From an uncultured delta proteobacterium (lineage in GTDB: Bacteria > Myxococcota > B64-G9), in contig CAVWHX010000004.1 of NCBI GenBank assembly GCA_963754925.1, positions 960,001-1,024,000 of the forward strand: 64,000 nucleotides of DNA, read 5' to 3'. The notes beneath the pieces were generated by a model that searched no databases, was not told the origin of the DNA, and saw only the letters and a list, made by a program, of their open reading frames with translations. Shown here one piece after another: positions 53,425 to 63,489 of the stretch. Both the position numbers and the translations under genes were made by a program. The stretch's first letter is position 1; each line of letters begins with the position of its first letter.

Positions 53425-56400
53425 TTACTCGTTTTGTAAATAAGCAATCTCGTCTTTAATATCAGCGGCATCGGGAGCATCAGGGCGCAACTGTAGGTAA
53501 CGACGAAATTCCACAACGGCAAGATTTTTTTTGTTGTTGGCCTTGTAAATGTACCCGAGATAATAGTGCGGCTGGGCATTGTCGGGTTCCTGTTTGATCG
53601 CCTCTAAATAAAATTTTGTCGCGGCTGCCTTTTGGTTGAGCTCGTCATAGGTGCGCGCGAGGCGCAGGGCTACTCCCGTGGCTTTTGGATTAGCTGCCAA
53701 GGCTTTTCGGTAGACTGTTAATGCTTCCGGCAACAGGCTCTGGCTGTGGTAGACGTCGCCCAGGAGGAGGAGCAGCTCGAGGTGCTTCGGCTGCGCGGCG
53801 ATCGCCCGATTGAGGGTGGTGACCGCCTCCTGGTACTGTCCTCGGTCGATGAGCAATTTGCTGAGTTCTTGAACGGCTCCAAGATGATCGAATTTGAGCT
53901 TGACGGCCGTGCGGAACTCTTCCAATGCATCGCCCCATTGCTTGCTGGCGAGAAGCGTCTGTCCCATGGCGTAGTGAATGTCAGGGTTATTGGCATCGAT
54001 CTCAATGGCGTTCTTGAGCAACTCCTGCGACCGGTCAAGACTGCCCTGCTGATACAACAAAATGCCTAACCGCGTCTGGGCCTCGACATTGCCGCTGTTG
54101 AGATCAATGGCGGTCTGAAAGTACTTGGCCGCCCCCGGAGCGTCGCCGTTTTCGAGGGAGGCGATGCCAGCCTGGAGGTAGAGTCGATCATCTTTTGGAC
54201 TGAGGTGGATGGCTTGACGATAGAGGTCGAGCGCCGCCGGGTAGTCCTTGCGCACCAGGAGGGTGTAGGCATATTCTTCGGCTAAGCCCGGATAGTTCGG
54301 GGCGAGTGCCGCTGCTGCTTGGTAGTTGGCCACCGCCTCGTCGTAACGACCGAGCTCGCGATAGGTGTTCGCAAGGTTAATATGTGCCGGGGTGAACTCT
54401 GGATCGTTCTTTAGGGCCTCTTTAAACGCAGCCTCGGCCAAGCTGAAGTTCTTTTGACCGAAGTGCATCTCCCCGAAACCGTTATGAACCGCCGCTGCAT
54501 GCGCGTCGATCGCGGCGGCCATGGCAAGTTGATCCTGTGCGCCTGCTGGGTCTCCACGCTTCTGCGCCATCTTCGCCAAGGCTACGTGGGCCAAAAGAAA
54601 TTGGGGATTGCGTGCTAGAGCTTTTTGATAGTAACCGAGTGCGTCATCCGGTTTAAGGAGTTGCTCGGCAAGTTGTCCCAGGTAATACAGCGGCCAGGGA
54701 TTTTCCTTGGCGGCAGCGCCGGCTTGCTCCAGGAGCGCTTTTGCTTTTTGAATGTCGCCCGTTTGCCACAACGAACGGCCCTTACCAATTTGGGCGTCGA
54801 GGTTTTGTGGATCAAGCGTCAGAGCCTTCTCGAAATCGGTAAGCGCCGGGGCATGCTCGCCCATGGTCGCATAGAGGGTACCCTGTACGACCAGGTAGGC
54901 GACCTGTTTGGGCGCAAGATCGATGGCTGAGGTTAAGTCGGCAATCGCGCGAGCATTCTTGTGCTGACGCATCATGATCTTCGCCCGCAAGAAAAATGCC
55001 TGGGCGCGCTCGCTCGGCGCCAGCTCCTCAAAGTGTGTATCGAACACCTGGTTGAGGTACTCTTCGCCGTGGGTATGATCGGCAGTGATCTCGATCATGA
55101 TGCGGGCGAGTTCTAATGCCGAGCTCGTATGCTGCGGATTTTTCTCGAGGGCTTTTTGGTAAAAGAGAACTGCATTTTCCATATCGCCTTGCAAAGCTTG
55201 GATTTCACCGAGGGCGTGGTATGCCTTGGCGAACGCAGGGTCGATCGCGGCGGCGCGGTCAAGATACTGGGCCGCCTCGCGCCACTTCTTTTGGTAGGCA
55301 GACGCAAAACCAGCTATCACCAGCGCCTCTTTGTCGAGCGTAGTTTCCTTCAGCAACGGATCGAGACGTTGGAGCGCTTGGACCGGGTTGGTGAGAATCA
55401 ACGAGGCTGCCTCGACCGTAGCGGTCTCAGGGCGTTCAGGAAAATTTTTCTTAAGCTCGTCAAGCACCTTTTGGCAACGGTTTTGGAAATAATCATTGGC
55501 GCCGTATTTGCGCAACAACGTCGTGTACGACAGCCCAAGCCAATACAGATCATCGACAGAACGTTGACTTTGTTCGAGGGTCGGCTCCAAGGAGGCGATT
55601 ACCTTCTTGTAACCGGCAAAGGTGTCCTGGGCGATGCTTAATCGTATATCATTGGCGCCCGCGGATGCCATCGTCGCCCGGACATCTTGGCTCAGGCCGC
55701 CAGAATCGGATGCAGTGCTGCCGTGGGTGTCGCTGAAAATTCGGTAGGCAAAGACGCCGTAGCGGGTCAGCCCCAGACCGAGCCCAATGATAATTACAAG
55801 AGCTGTTCCGCCAAGCGCGGGCAGTAGTGGCCGGAATCGGGCAATTGCTCCGCCGCGATCGATGTCTAACGGTAGGGACCCGTCGCCCGGGCGCCGCTGG
55901 ATCCGCTGCTCATCAGTGCGCTCGGGTGCGGTGTCAGGCTGTGGTGGTACCGGCGAAGAAATAACCGGTTCGTCCATGAGTTTCCTAATGGTGTCGGCAA
56001 ACTCGGGGAATGCCCCTAATGGTTTATAGTTCGTCCCGTCACCCGATGCTTCCTCGTTGCCCATCAACTGGTGCTCGATAAGCATTTGGTTAATAGTTTC
56101 ACTATCGAACGGACCGAAGACCTTGCCGCTCTTGCGCCGAATACGGTAGCGCTGTTGGCTGGTTATCGTTGGGGTCGCGGTCTCGGCGTCCGCAACCTCA
56201 GGACCGGAGATGTCGCGGTTTTGGAATTCGAAGATCTGCCCTTCATTACTGACGGGAGATTCTGCCACGGTATCGGGTCTGGGCAACGGAGGCAACGGTT
56301 GTTCGTGGAGCGGCGGTAACGAGGAACCCAGCGGAGGCACGGGCGTCCGTGGCGGTTCGCTCACCAGGTCAAGGCCTGAGGGCGACGGGGCGGTCGAGAC

Positions 56401-56661
56401 AGACGGAAGCGGCGGTAAATCGTGGTGAGCTGGTTTTGCCGCATGATCGAGTTCGAGTGACTCTACGGTCGTGCCGCTGTCCGTGCCGATGGCCTTCTGA
56501 TCGACTGCATTAAAGTCGAAGATCTCGCCGCCACCGCTTGCTTCGTTGGTGACGACAAAGGTGGCCAGACAACGGGGGCAACGAATCTGCAAGCCCTCGG
56601 GTCCAATGCGCCCCTCATCTATGTTGTATTCGGCCTTGCATGTTTCACAGCGCACCTTCAT
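53425..56661 (-). CDS. Zinc-ribbon (MJ0042-type) / GYF-like / TM / TPR membrane protein
   Basis: MKVRCETC...IRCPRC...F; YRIRRKSGKVFGPF; a single TM; a long TPR array. Confidence 0.88.
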   Translation of the reverse strand: MKVRCETCKAEYNIDEGRIGPEGLQIRCPRCLATFVVTNEASGGGEIFDFNAVDQKAIGTDSGTTVESLELDHAAKPAHHDLPPLPSVSTAPSPSGLDLVSEPPRTPVPPLGSSLPPLHEQPLPPLPRPDTVAESPVSNEGQIFEFQNRDISGPEVADAETATPTITSQQRYRIRRKSGKVFGPFDSETINQMLIEHQLMGNEEASGDGTNYKPLGAFPEFADTIRKLMDEPVISSPVPPQPDTAPERTDEQRIQRRPGDGSLPLDIDRGGAIARFRPLLPALGGTALVIIIGLGLGLTRYGVFAYRIFSDTHGSTASDSGGLSQDVRATMASAGANDIRLSIAQDTFAGYKKVIASLEPTLEQSQRSVDDLYWLGLSYTTLLRKYGANDYFQNRCQKVLDELKKNFPERPETATVEAASLILTNPVQALQRLDPLLKETTLDKEALVIAGFASAYQKKWREAAQYLDRAAAIDPAFAKAYHALGEIQALQGDMENAVLFYQKALEKNPQHTSSALELARIMIEITADHTHGEEYLNQVFDTHFEELAPSERAQAFFLRAKIMMRQHKNARAIADLTSAIDLAPKQVAYLVVQGTLYATMGEHAPALTDFEKALTLDPQNLDAQIGKGRSLWQTGDIQKAKALLEQAGAAAKENPWPLYYLGQLAEQLLKPDDALGYYQKALARNPQFLLAHVALAKMAQKRGDPAGAQDQLAMAAAIDAHAAAVHNGFGEMHFGQKNFSLAEAAFKEALKNDPEFTPAHINLANTYRELGRYDEAVANYQAAAALAPNYPGLAEEYAYTLLVRKDYPAALDLYRQAIHLSPKDDRLYLQAGIASLENGDAPGAAKYFQTAIDLNSGNVEAQTRLGILLYQQGSLDRSQELLKNAIEIDANNPDIHYAMGQTLLASKQWGDALEEFRTAVKLKFDHLGAVQELSKLLIDRGQYQEAVTTLNRAIAAQPKHLELLLLLGDVYHSQSLLPEALTVYRKALAANPKATGVALRLARTYDELNQKAAATKFYLEAIKQEPDNAQPHYYLGYIYKANNKKNLAVVEFRRYLQLRPDAPDAADIKDEIAYLQNE

Positions 56662-57526
56662 GATCGTTCTCTCCCGTCACTACCGTCGTGCTGTGAGAAG
56701 AACCGCCAAATTCAAAGCGCAACTTCAATTGTAGGTAGCGTTGTAATGGGGTGAGGAGACCTGATCCAAATTCCTGATCACGCTGATTGGCCAGACGTTG
56801 ATGGATCACCCGTTCGGTTAGCTGCTGGGCCTCTGCCACGGTCATCCCGGCAACCTGCGCCAACTCGTCTGGTGAGAGTGGATCGTAGCGTTTTTTCATA
56901 CCGACGTACTCGATAAAATCTTCCAGCGCCTCCCGGTTGACGATAGAGAGATGACCGTCGCCCTTTTTTTGAACGAGGCCAAGCATAATCAAGTGATTGA
57001 TGATCGCATCGGCCCGTGACGTACTTAACCCCGCTCGGCTTGCCAAAAGTTGCGTATCCAGAGCGGCGCCGCTCTGATCGACAAGCGCCAAGGCACCATC
57101 AAGGTTAATGAGGGCATCGGCAACCCGAGCCTCGTCATCGCGGGAAAGTACGGCGAGGGTACGATCGTTCGCCTCTCGCAATCGATGGCACAGGGATCGA
57201 ATCAGGCGGGCGCCGATCTCCACATTTTCCGAGAGGATCTTCTGAAACAACGCGTGATCCAGCGTCACTATTACCGCGTCGGTTATCGCGGTTGCAGTCG
57301 TGGAATGCACCTGGTTTTCAATCGCGCTCAGCTCGCCAAAAAAATCTCCCGGCCCCAGAATGGCCAGGCACAATTCATCCTCCGTGACCTGCCTGTGGAG
57401 TTGGACGGTACCGTCTTGGATGATGAACACCTCGTTCGCGGGATCGCCCTCTCGGTAGATGACCGCGCCGCTCTGAACCTGGCGACCGTGTCGGTTGATT
57501 ACCGGATCGATTGATAACTTCCTCAT
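56645..57526 (-). CDS. Crp/Fnr-family cyclic-nucleotide-binding regulator
   Basis: IYREGD, GDFFGELS, ATAITD cNMP domain; C-terminal winged HTH-like region. Confidence 0.85.
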   Translation of the reverse strand: MRKLSIDPVINRHGRQVQSGAVIYREGDPANEVFIIQDGTVQLHRQVTEDELCLAILGPGDFFGELSAIENQVHSTTATAITDAVIVTLDHALFQKILSENVEIGARLIRSLCHRLREANDRTLAVLSRDDEARVADALINLDGALALVDQSGAALDTQLLASRAGLSTSRADAIINHLIMLGLVQKKGDGHLSIVNREALEDFIEYVGMKKRYDPLSPDELAQVAGMTVAEAQQLTERVIHQRLANQRDQEFGSGLLTPLQRYLQLKLRFEFGGSSHSTTVVTGENDHEGAL

Positions 57527-57582
57527 TCATCCACCTCGCGTCTCGCGCGTAATACGTATTGAACCACACAGCCGAAATACGG

Positions 57583-58155
57583 TCAATTTTGAGCCGCAGT
57601 CTTTCCGAACTCGTAGGCGCGTCGGCACACCGTTTGAGATTCCCGGGCTGCGGTCGGGTCTTCCAAGCCCCTGAGTAGCAGAGAGCCGGCGTACGTAAGA
57701 TCCAATGCCTGAAAAAAATAACGCGCGGTACGTTCAATGCCGACAAATAGATCAGTGCGCCGTTGGGCCGCTACCCCAATCAGGTACCCACGGCCGCGGG
57801 CCGCCCGGCGGGGCAGGTGCTTTTTCTCGCGCCGGCGTTTGCAAAAACAAGCTTGGCATCGATCGATCAGGGCTTTGAGTTGGGCGGGAAGGCCATAGAA
57901 AAAAACCGGCGCAGCCAAAATAATAACATCGGCGGCTAACAGACGGGGATACACGTCCTGCATGGCGTCCTGGATCTGGCAGCCATCGGCTTCCTCGCAG
58001 TAGCCGCATGCTCGACAGCCGGAAATCGACAACTCGGCAATCCTGATTACGTCGGCCTGGGCTCCCGCACTGGTTGCGCCGGCCAGGGCCTGTTCAAGCA
58101 CGGTGTTGCTGTTGCCGGAAGCGCGGGGGCTTCCTAAGATGCCCAGCACCATCAT
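57583..58155 (-). CDS. Iron-sulfur flavoprotein / NADPH-dependent FMN reductase family
   Basis: GSPRASGNS, CRACGYC....C.IQD, PVFFYGLPAQLKALIDR. Confidence 0.9.
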   Translation of the reverse strand: MMVLGILGSPRASGNSNTVLEQALAGATSAGAQADVIRIAELSISGCRACGYCEEADGCQIQDAMQDVYPRLLAADVIILAAPVFFYGLPAQLKALIDRCQACFCKRRREKKHLPRRAARGRGYLIGVAAQRRTDLFVGIERTARYFFQALDLTYAGSLLLRGLEDPTAARESQTVCRRAYEFGKTAAQN

Positions 58156-58189
58156 GTGCGTTGCCCTCGCGCCGGCTTTGTCATTGTGG

Positions 58190-58381
58190 CTATTTACGTT
58201 TTCCGACTAACTGCGGATCAAAACCCTGACAACCGCAGTCTGGTTGATAGCAGGTAACGTTACGGAAGACACATTTCTGTTTGCAATGGGGGCATATCTC
58301 GGGCGGGCGGTGCAGCTCCAAAATCGTACCGCATTCATTGCATTCCCAATATAGCTTCTCGTCCTTGACGTTATCGATCAT
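58190..58381 (-). CDS. Small rubredoxin-like protein
   Basis: WECNECG...PPEICPHC...F.NVTCY.PDCG; GAGGAG RBS. Confidence 0.85.
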   Translation of the reverse strand: MIDNVKDEKLYWECNECGTILELHRPPEICPHCKQKCVFRNVTCYQPDCGCQGFDPQLVGKRK

Positions 58382-58511
58382 GGCAGGCTCCTCAAACGAA
58401 ATCGTCTCGTGGTGGGATCTATGCTATTTCTGAGCGACGGCGACCCCACCGATTCATACTGGTTAAGGTTCTCTCGTTTCCGAGACGAGTTCAATAGGAT
58501 TTTAGGGGGAC

Positions 58512-58973
58512 TTAGTTACTCTGACGGGTCCAGAGGCGTTGCTCAAGGATATGGATGGCCAGGTCGAGCTCCTCCAGCTCATCACCGGGGCCAAGGAACC
58601 GGATGACCTGATTCACCAACTCGGTGCGGCTGAAGGGTTTGACGAGGACTCCAGCGGCTCCGCACCCAAGCATGCGATCTTTCAAGCCGTCGGCCGAAGG
58701 ATCTATCATTGCAATGAGTGGAATAGCTGCGGTGGCGGGACCGACCTTAAGTTGCGTACAAACAAAAATGCTTTCGTCCGGTGGGTTTCGGGTTTCGAGT
58801 AAGATGAGGTCGGGTGGGTCGGGTACCATCAAGGCAAGCGCCCACACACCGTCATCTACGGTGCGAACTCGATAGCCGCTATCCTCAAGCCAACGCCTAT
58901 ACACCCATACGAGATCGAGGTTGTGCTCAGCTATCATTACTACTGGTTTTCTGTCTAGGGCAGGTTTGGTCAC
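58512..58973 (-). CDS. Atypical single-domain response regulator
   Basis: REC fold (PPDLILLE, IPLIAM, KPF) with Glu at the phospho-acceptor position. Confidence 0.8.
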   Translation of the reverse strand: MTKPALDRKPVVMIAEHNLDLVWVYRRWLEDSGYRVRTVDDGVWALALMVPDPPDLILLETRNPPDESIFVCTQLKVGPATAAIPLIAMIDPSADGLKDRMLGCGAAGVLVKPFSRTELVNQVIRFLGPGDELEELDLAIHILEQRLWTRQSN

Positions 58974-59045
58974 CTTGGTACGCCTCCGAAATAAAGGCTG
59001 CGGCGTGCGATTTCACCTCTGATTCACACCACACATAATTTTTCT

Positions 59046-59060
59046 GCAAAGTTCATGCCG
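59046..59060 (-). promoter_or_regulatory. Putative sigma54 -24/-12 promoter
   Basis: Minus strand CGGCATGAACTTTGC, about 70 bp upstream of the 58973 start. Confidence 0.65.
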
Positions 59061-59197
59061 GGATATCGGCGGTCAAATAATCCCTTAAGTCTTTAAACAT
59101 CCAGCAATTTCAATGAGATAGAAGGATACTATAAGTTGCTATGGGAGGGTAGGCAATAACCCCAGGGGTCGGTGTACCCCATAATTGCCGTTACGTT

Positions 59198-60181
59198 TTA
59201 GAGCAATCGCGCACCGCGCTTGTCAACGCGGCAGAGCTTGCCCGTAGCCGCGACGTTCCGGCGAGCAAAGGCGGCAATCATGGCGCCTAAAATTTTTTTT
59301 GCTTGCGTTATTGTCGCAGCCACGGCGACCACGCTGGGGCCTGAACCTGATAGCGAGCAGCCCAGGGCGCCCTGCCGGCAAGCCGCCTTCTGCACGGCAA
59401 CGAAACCCTTGACGAGCGAGCGCCGGTATGGCTCGGCGACGATGTCGCGGAGGCATTTGGCAAACAGCGTTCGATCGCGCACGTGGAGCGAATGAACCAA
59501 ACAGGCCACGTTACCGGCAAATGACGTCGATAGTCCGAGCGGTATCGATTGAGGTAATACTCTGCGAGCCTGTGCGGTTGACACCGATAACGCGGGATGC
59601 ACCATCGCAAACACAAAATTCTTAAAAAACGGCAACGGCTGAGGGTCGTATCGGCCGCCATGACCAATCAACCGAAGCCCGCCCAGTAACGCCGGCGCGA
59701 CATCATCATAGAAAACCCCGCCACTGACGAGGCCTTCAGCCTGGCCGGCGAGCTCAAGCAACGTCCGGGCGTTGAATGGCTCGCGATACCACGCGTTGAG
59801 CGCGAACAACGTTGCCACCACCGAGCTGGCCGAGGAACCGAGTCCACTGCAGATCGGCAGATTTTTGTAAAGAGTCAATTGAACGGGTACCGGATCACGA
59901 CGGTCGCGTCGCAGCTTTTGATTGAAGAGGTTGAGGCATCGCCAGACTAAATTATTTTTTGGATTCTTCGGCAGCATGGTGGCGAACGGCCCCGTGATAC
60001 TAAGAGTCGAGCGGCCACGGTTACTTCCGTTTGGTGCCACCTCAACGACGTCTCCCCACAGCGAGCCATCCAACGGCGCGAGCGCTGCACCCAGGACATC
60101 AAATCCAGCGATGAAGTTTCCGATAGTGGCAGGGGCATAGGCCCGTACCCTCGTGTTTCCCCTCTGACTTTTCTTTGCCAT
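59198..60181 (-). CDS. thrB: Homoserine kinase
   Basis: APATIGNFIAGFDVLG, PICSGLGSSASS, DDVAPALLGG, EPYR, SGSGPS. Confidence 0.92.
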   Translation of the reverse strand: MAKKSQRGNTRVRAYAPATIGNFIAGFDVLGAALAPLDGSLWGDVVEVAPNGSNRGRSTLSITGPFATMLPKNPKNNLVWRCLNLFNQKLRRDRRDPVPVQLTLYKNLPICSGLGSSASSVVATLFALNAWYREPFNARTLLELAGQAEGLVSGGVFYDDVAPALLGGLRLIGHGGRYDPQPLPFFKNFVFAMVHPALSVSTAQARRVLPQSIPLGLSTSFAGNVACLVHSLHVRDRTLFAKCLRDIVAEPYRRSLVKGFVAVQKAACRQGALGCSLSGSGPSVVAVAATITQAKKILGAMIAAFARRNVAATGKLCRVDKRGARLL

Positions 60182-60232
60182 ACAGCCCGATTCGCGCTTC
60201 TTGCAATAGGTCATCGTTTAACACCTGAAGGG

Positions 60233-62272
60233 TTAGGCATCCTTGATCGGTGCTCGCTTTGAGTTCGGCTTGGATGACCACCTGCCGACGCGCGAAAGTC
60301 CGCGCTGAGCGGTGTCAATCGCGCCATCCAAGACCAGTTCGAAGGTTGTGGCGAGATCCACGAGTGTACCGCGCACTCCGCTCCGGGCCGTTTCGCGAAA
60401 TACTTCCAACGTTTGCTTCATGATCGCCACTTGATCAAGCGCGGCCGAACGGCTGCCTTCCTGGCTTTCCTGGAGCGCCATCAAAAAACTGGCCAGTGCG
60501 CGGAGAGCACCCTGTTCAGGGTCCGGCCCCAGAATGTCTTCCGCCTTATGTAACAGTTCGGCTTCGCGAGCGTGATCCTGGTCTGGACGGTAGACCTGGT
60601 GCTGATCGCCGCCGAGGAATCGCACCTCACTGCGCACCTCGCCGGTTTTCTTGTTTTGATAGAGATTCACCCAAACGTTTTCCGCGCAGTCGCCCCAAAG
60701 ACCCAACAGCCAATAGTCGCGCAACCAGTCTTTAGGCCGGAGGTTGGGAAGGCACGCATGGTCGAGGTAGTGGCGCAGCACCAGCGTGAAAAATACCACT
60801 AACTTCTCGATGAGGTCAGGCTGCGACCGCAGGTATCCGGCAAACTGCGGGGCTCGCACCTGTGACAGGCGGAAGCTGTCCTGCACCCGCTCGTGGGGGA
60901 GCGGTCGCGGTGTCGGCGCGCTTACAAAAGACAGCAGGATCATGGGCGGGCGCTGATACGTCACCAGTTCACCGCTCTCATCGGTAAGCCCACCCCGCCC
61001 TTGCATGGCGTCAAGCTGCTCGCGGACTATCTCGAAAAAACGTTCACGCTGGTGATCATCGAAGCGCGCAAGCCACCTGCCTGGCACGTCCATGGATGAA
61101 AAGAGGCCGGCTATGTTTCGGTTGCGCCGCGGAGTAACCTGGTCTCCACGGAGATGAGAGGCGAATACCGTGGCTGCATGGCCAACAAAATGCACGGTGG
61201 TGATGCCCTGCTGGTTGCCCAGGGCTTCGAGGTCGAAATCAGGATAATCGTAGTGGTGATCGAGCACGAGTTCAGCGATCGCGCGCAACCGTTCGGTTGA
61301 CAGTTCAAGTGGCAGTTCGCGGTTGAGGGCCGAGCCAAGCGCGGCAGCGAACAACCGTACGGCGCGCCGATTGTTTTCGAGCATGCGGGTGCGTTCGGCG
61401 GTCTCAATCGACGGATCCTCATGGTACACATTCGTCCGCCCCGCAAGGAAATTCTCGTCGCCCCAGCGTTCGAAGCATTCCATGATAAGATCGCGGGCCC
61501 GCGGCCAACCAAACCAGGGGTGGCGCGAGCCGAGCACCCAGCGCATCGTATCGCGTACACCCGCGGTGGCCCGGCGTGAAAAGAACTCGCGCAGCTTTGA
61601 GACCATCGCGCCATCCAACGGCTCCCGGCGCAACCGTTTCTGCACGCTTCCCATATCGGCCATCCGTGGCGGTCGGCCGTGGTACACGGGATCATGCGCC
61701 AGCAGCTCGACGGCGGTCCAGTGACGGGTCGAGTTGAAATACTGCTCCTCAAGCAAGATGGGTTCCTCGGCACGTGGGGTTTCACCCGACAGCCAAGCGC
61801 GTACCCGGACGAGCGGCGAAAGCGCCTCAGCCGGTGGCGGCCCATAGCCGAAGTAAGCGAGCTCGCGCGCGGCCTCGACGGCGCTTATCAGCGAGCGTCT
61901 GCGTGTGTGAAAGAGCGATGACCCGAATGCCCCGAGCGCCTCGCCGACGAGGGCACGGGGCACTTCCCATTGCCGCCGCAAGAAGTCGAATCGAAGCATG
62001 TCAACGCGCGCCTGCCGCAACTCATACTGCGTCGCCAATTGACGAGCAATCGTGCGCGCCGAGGCTTTCGTGTTTCGACGTCCGGCGGGCAGCAGGTTAG
62101 CCAGCTCGTGCGAAAGCCTTTCGGGATCAAAGCGGAGATGTTTCCAGACCCAGTCGGCTGTATCAGGCGAGTCGAACGGCACAGCCGAGCCCAGCAATGC
62201 GGTGAGAATTGCCTGGTCGGATACCGCGAACGGTCGCGGTGGAGTACGTTTGGGTTTATTATTCTCGGCCAT
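60233..62272 (-). CDS. Large hypothetical protein (~679 aa)
   Basis: Long ORF with coding-like composition and GAGGAAAGAAG upstream of ATG 62272; no family recognised. Confidence 0.8.
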   Translation of the reverse strand: MAENNKPKRTPPRPFAVSDQAILTALLGSAVPFDSPDTADWVWKHLRFDPERLSHELANLLPAGRRNTKASARTIARQLATQYELRQARVDMLRFDFLRRQWEVPRALVGEALGAFGSSLFHTRRRSLISAVEAARELAYFGYGPPPAEALSPLVRVRAWLSGETPRAEEPILLEEQYFNSTRHWTAVELLAHDPVYHGRPPRMADMGSVQKRLRREPLDGAMVSKLREFFSRRATAGVRDTMRWVLGSRHPWFGWPRARDLIMECFERWGDENFLAGRTNVYHEDPSIETAERTRMLENNRRAVRLFAAALGSALNRELPLELSTERLRAIAELVLDHHYDYPDFDLEALGNQQGITTVHFVGHAATVFASHLRGDQVTPRRNRNIAGLFSSMDVPGRWLARFDDHQRERFFEIVREQLDAMQGRGGLTDESGELVTYQRPPMILLSFVSAPTPRPLPHERVQDSFRLSQVRAPQFAGYLRSQPDLIEKLVVFFTLVLRHYLDHACLPNLRPKDWLRDYWLLGLWGDCAENVWVNLYQNKKTGEVRSEVRFLGGDQHQVYRPDQDHAREAELLHKAEDILGPDPEQGALRALASFLMALQESQEGSRSAALDQVAIMKQTLEVFRETARSGVRGTLVDLATTFELVLDGAIDTAQRGLSRVGRWSSKPNSKRAPIKDA

Positions 62273-62325
62273 ATCTTCTTTCCTCGACGGAACCTTGTTC
62301 CAGCCGCCGGCGCCGGTGACTGAAC

Positions 62326-63327
62326 TTATATGAGAAAGCGCAGGTCCCACGGCCCAATCTCACCCCAGCGCAGGCGCGGGTCGGCCCGGAGCAGCCGCAG
62401 TCCAGGGACTACAAAGCGTAGTTCTGGGCCAGCGGAGATGGTGAAGTGGTCGGTGGGCGGGTACAGTTCCCCATCCAGCGTGTAGGGCTCGGGGCGCTCC
62501 AGGCGTAGTTCCAACGCTTTGCTTATTACCCGCATAAAACCGTCCAAGGGGTGGGGCGATCCGAGCCATAACGATGGTATGGCGCGAAGTATCTGCGAAG
62601 CGGTCCCCGTCACCAACATGCTCTCGAACATGTCAATGTCCCATCCAGCCCGCGGAAAAACTTTAAACCGAAGTGAGAGCTCCTCAATGAAACTAGAGAA
62701 GAACGCAATCATCTGAGTTTCGTGCCAGGGACCCTCGTCCAAGCGATAGGAAGTACGGATCGGGGACAGCAGACTTTTCGAGACCGGCCCCTGTTGCACA
62801 GCATCGAGGATGATAGATCCAATGAGCTTCGCCGCACCGGCCTGGGTTGCTTCTCCACGATAATACAGTTCCAAAAAGCGCGGAGCTACCCCGAGGCCAA
62901 ACATGAAACTGTGGTGGTGATTGACCTTCAACATGTTGCGACGGAGACAGCGCAGCGGAACATTGTGACGGTAGCGCGCCAGGGTCAGCAACAACGCGGT
63001 CGTACTGCCGGCGCGGATTCCAAACGAGGCAGGCACCATGTTTTGGGTGCCCGAGGGTAGAAGCAAAATGGGAGGCAACGACTGTTTGCCATAAACTTTG
63101 AGCAGCAGCTCGATTGTTCGGTGGGCAGTGCCGTCGCCGCCACTAAGAGCCACCATGTCGATTTGGCAGCGTTTAAACTCCTCGGCAGCTCGTTCGGCGT
63201 CATCGAGGGTGCCGGTCGACGCCACCTCGCCGCCTCGGCCGACGATAAAGGTCAATCGATTCTTGAGGTTAGGGTAAAGCTTGTTCAGACCTGCGTTAGG
63301 GTTGCTGATGACGCCGATGCCTGGCAT
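62326..63327 (-). CDS. Diacylglycerol-kinase-family lipid kinase
   Basis: NPNAG, SGGDGT, LPSGTQN, YTLDGE. Confidence 0.88.
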   Translation of the reverse strand: MPGIGVISNPNAGLNKLYPNLKNRLTFIVGRGGEVASTGTLDDAERAAEEFKRCQIDMVALSGGDGTAHRTIELLLKVYGKQSLPPILLLPSGTQNMVPASFGIRAGSTTALLLTLARYRHNVPLRCLRRNMLKVNHHHSFMFGLGVAPRFLELYYRGEATQAGAAKLIGSIILDAVQQGPVSKSLLSPIRTSYRLDEGPWHETQMIAFFSSFIEELSLRFKVFPRAGWDIDMFESMLVTGTASQILRAIPSLWLGSPHPLDGFMRVISKALELRLERPEPYTLDGELYPPTDHFTISAGPELRFVVPGLRLLRADPRLRWGEIGPWDLRFLI

Positions 63328-63489
63328 GTAACCCTCGGCTGAAAATATCTCGTTCGGGTCGAACAGCGGTCATTTCGAACGTTTTGAGCATAAGCCGTAT
63401 TAGACCGGTTTTCAAGCAGGGAACGAGATAAAATTTGATTTTTCAAGGTGGAATTTGGTAACCTTTGATAAATGCGTACTCACGAGGCA

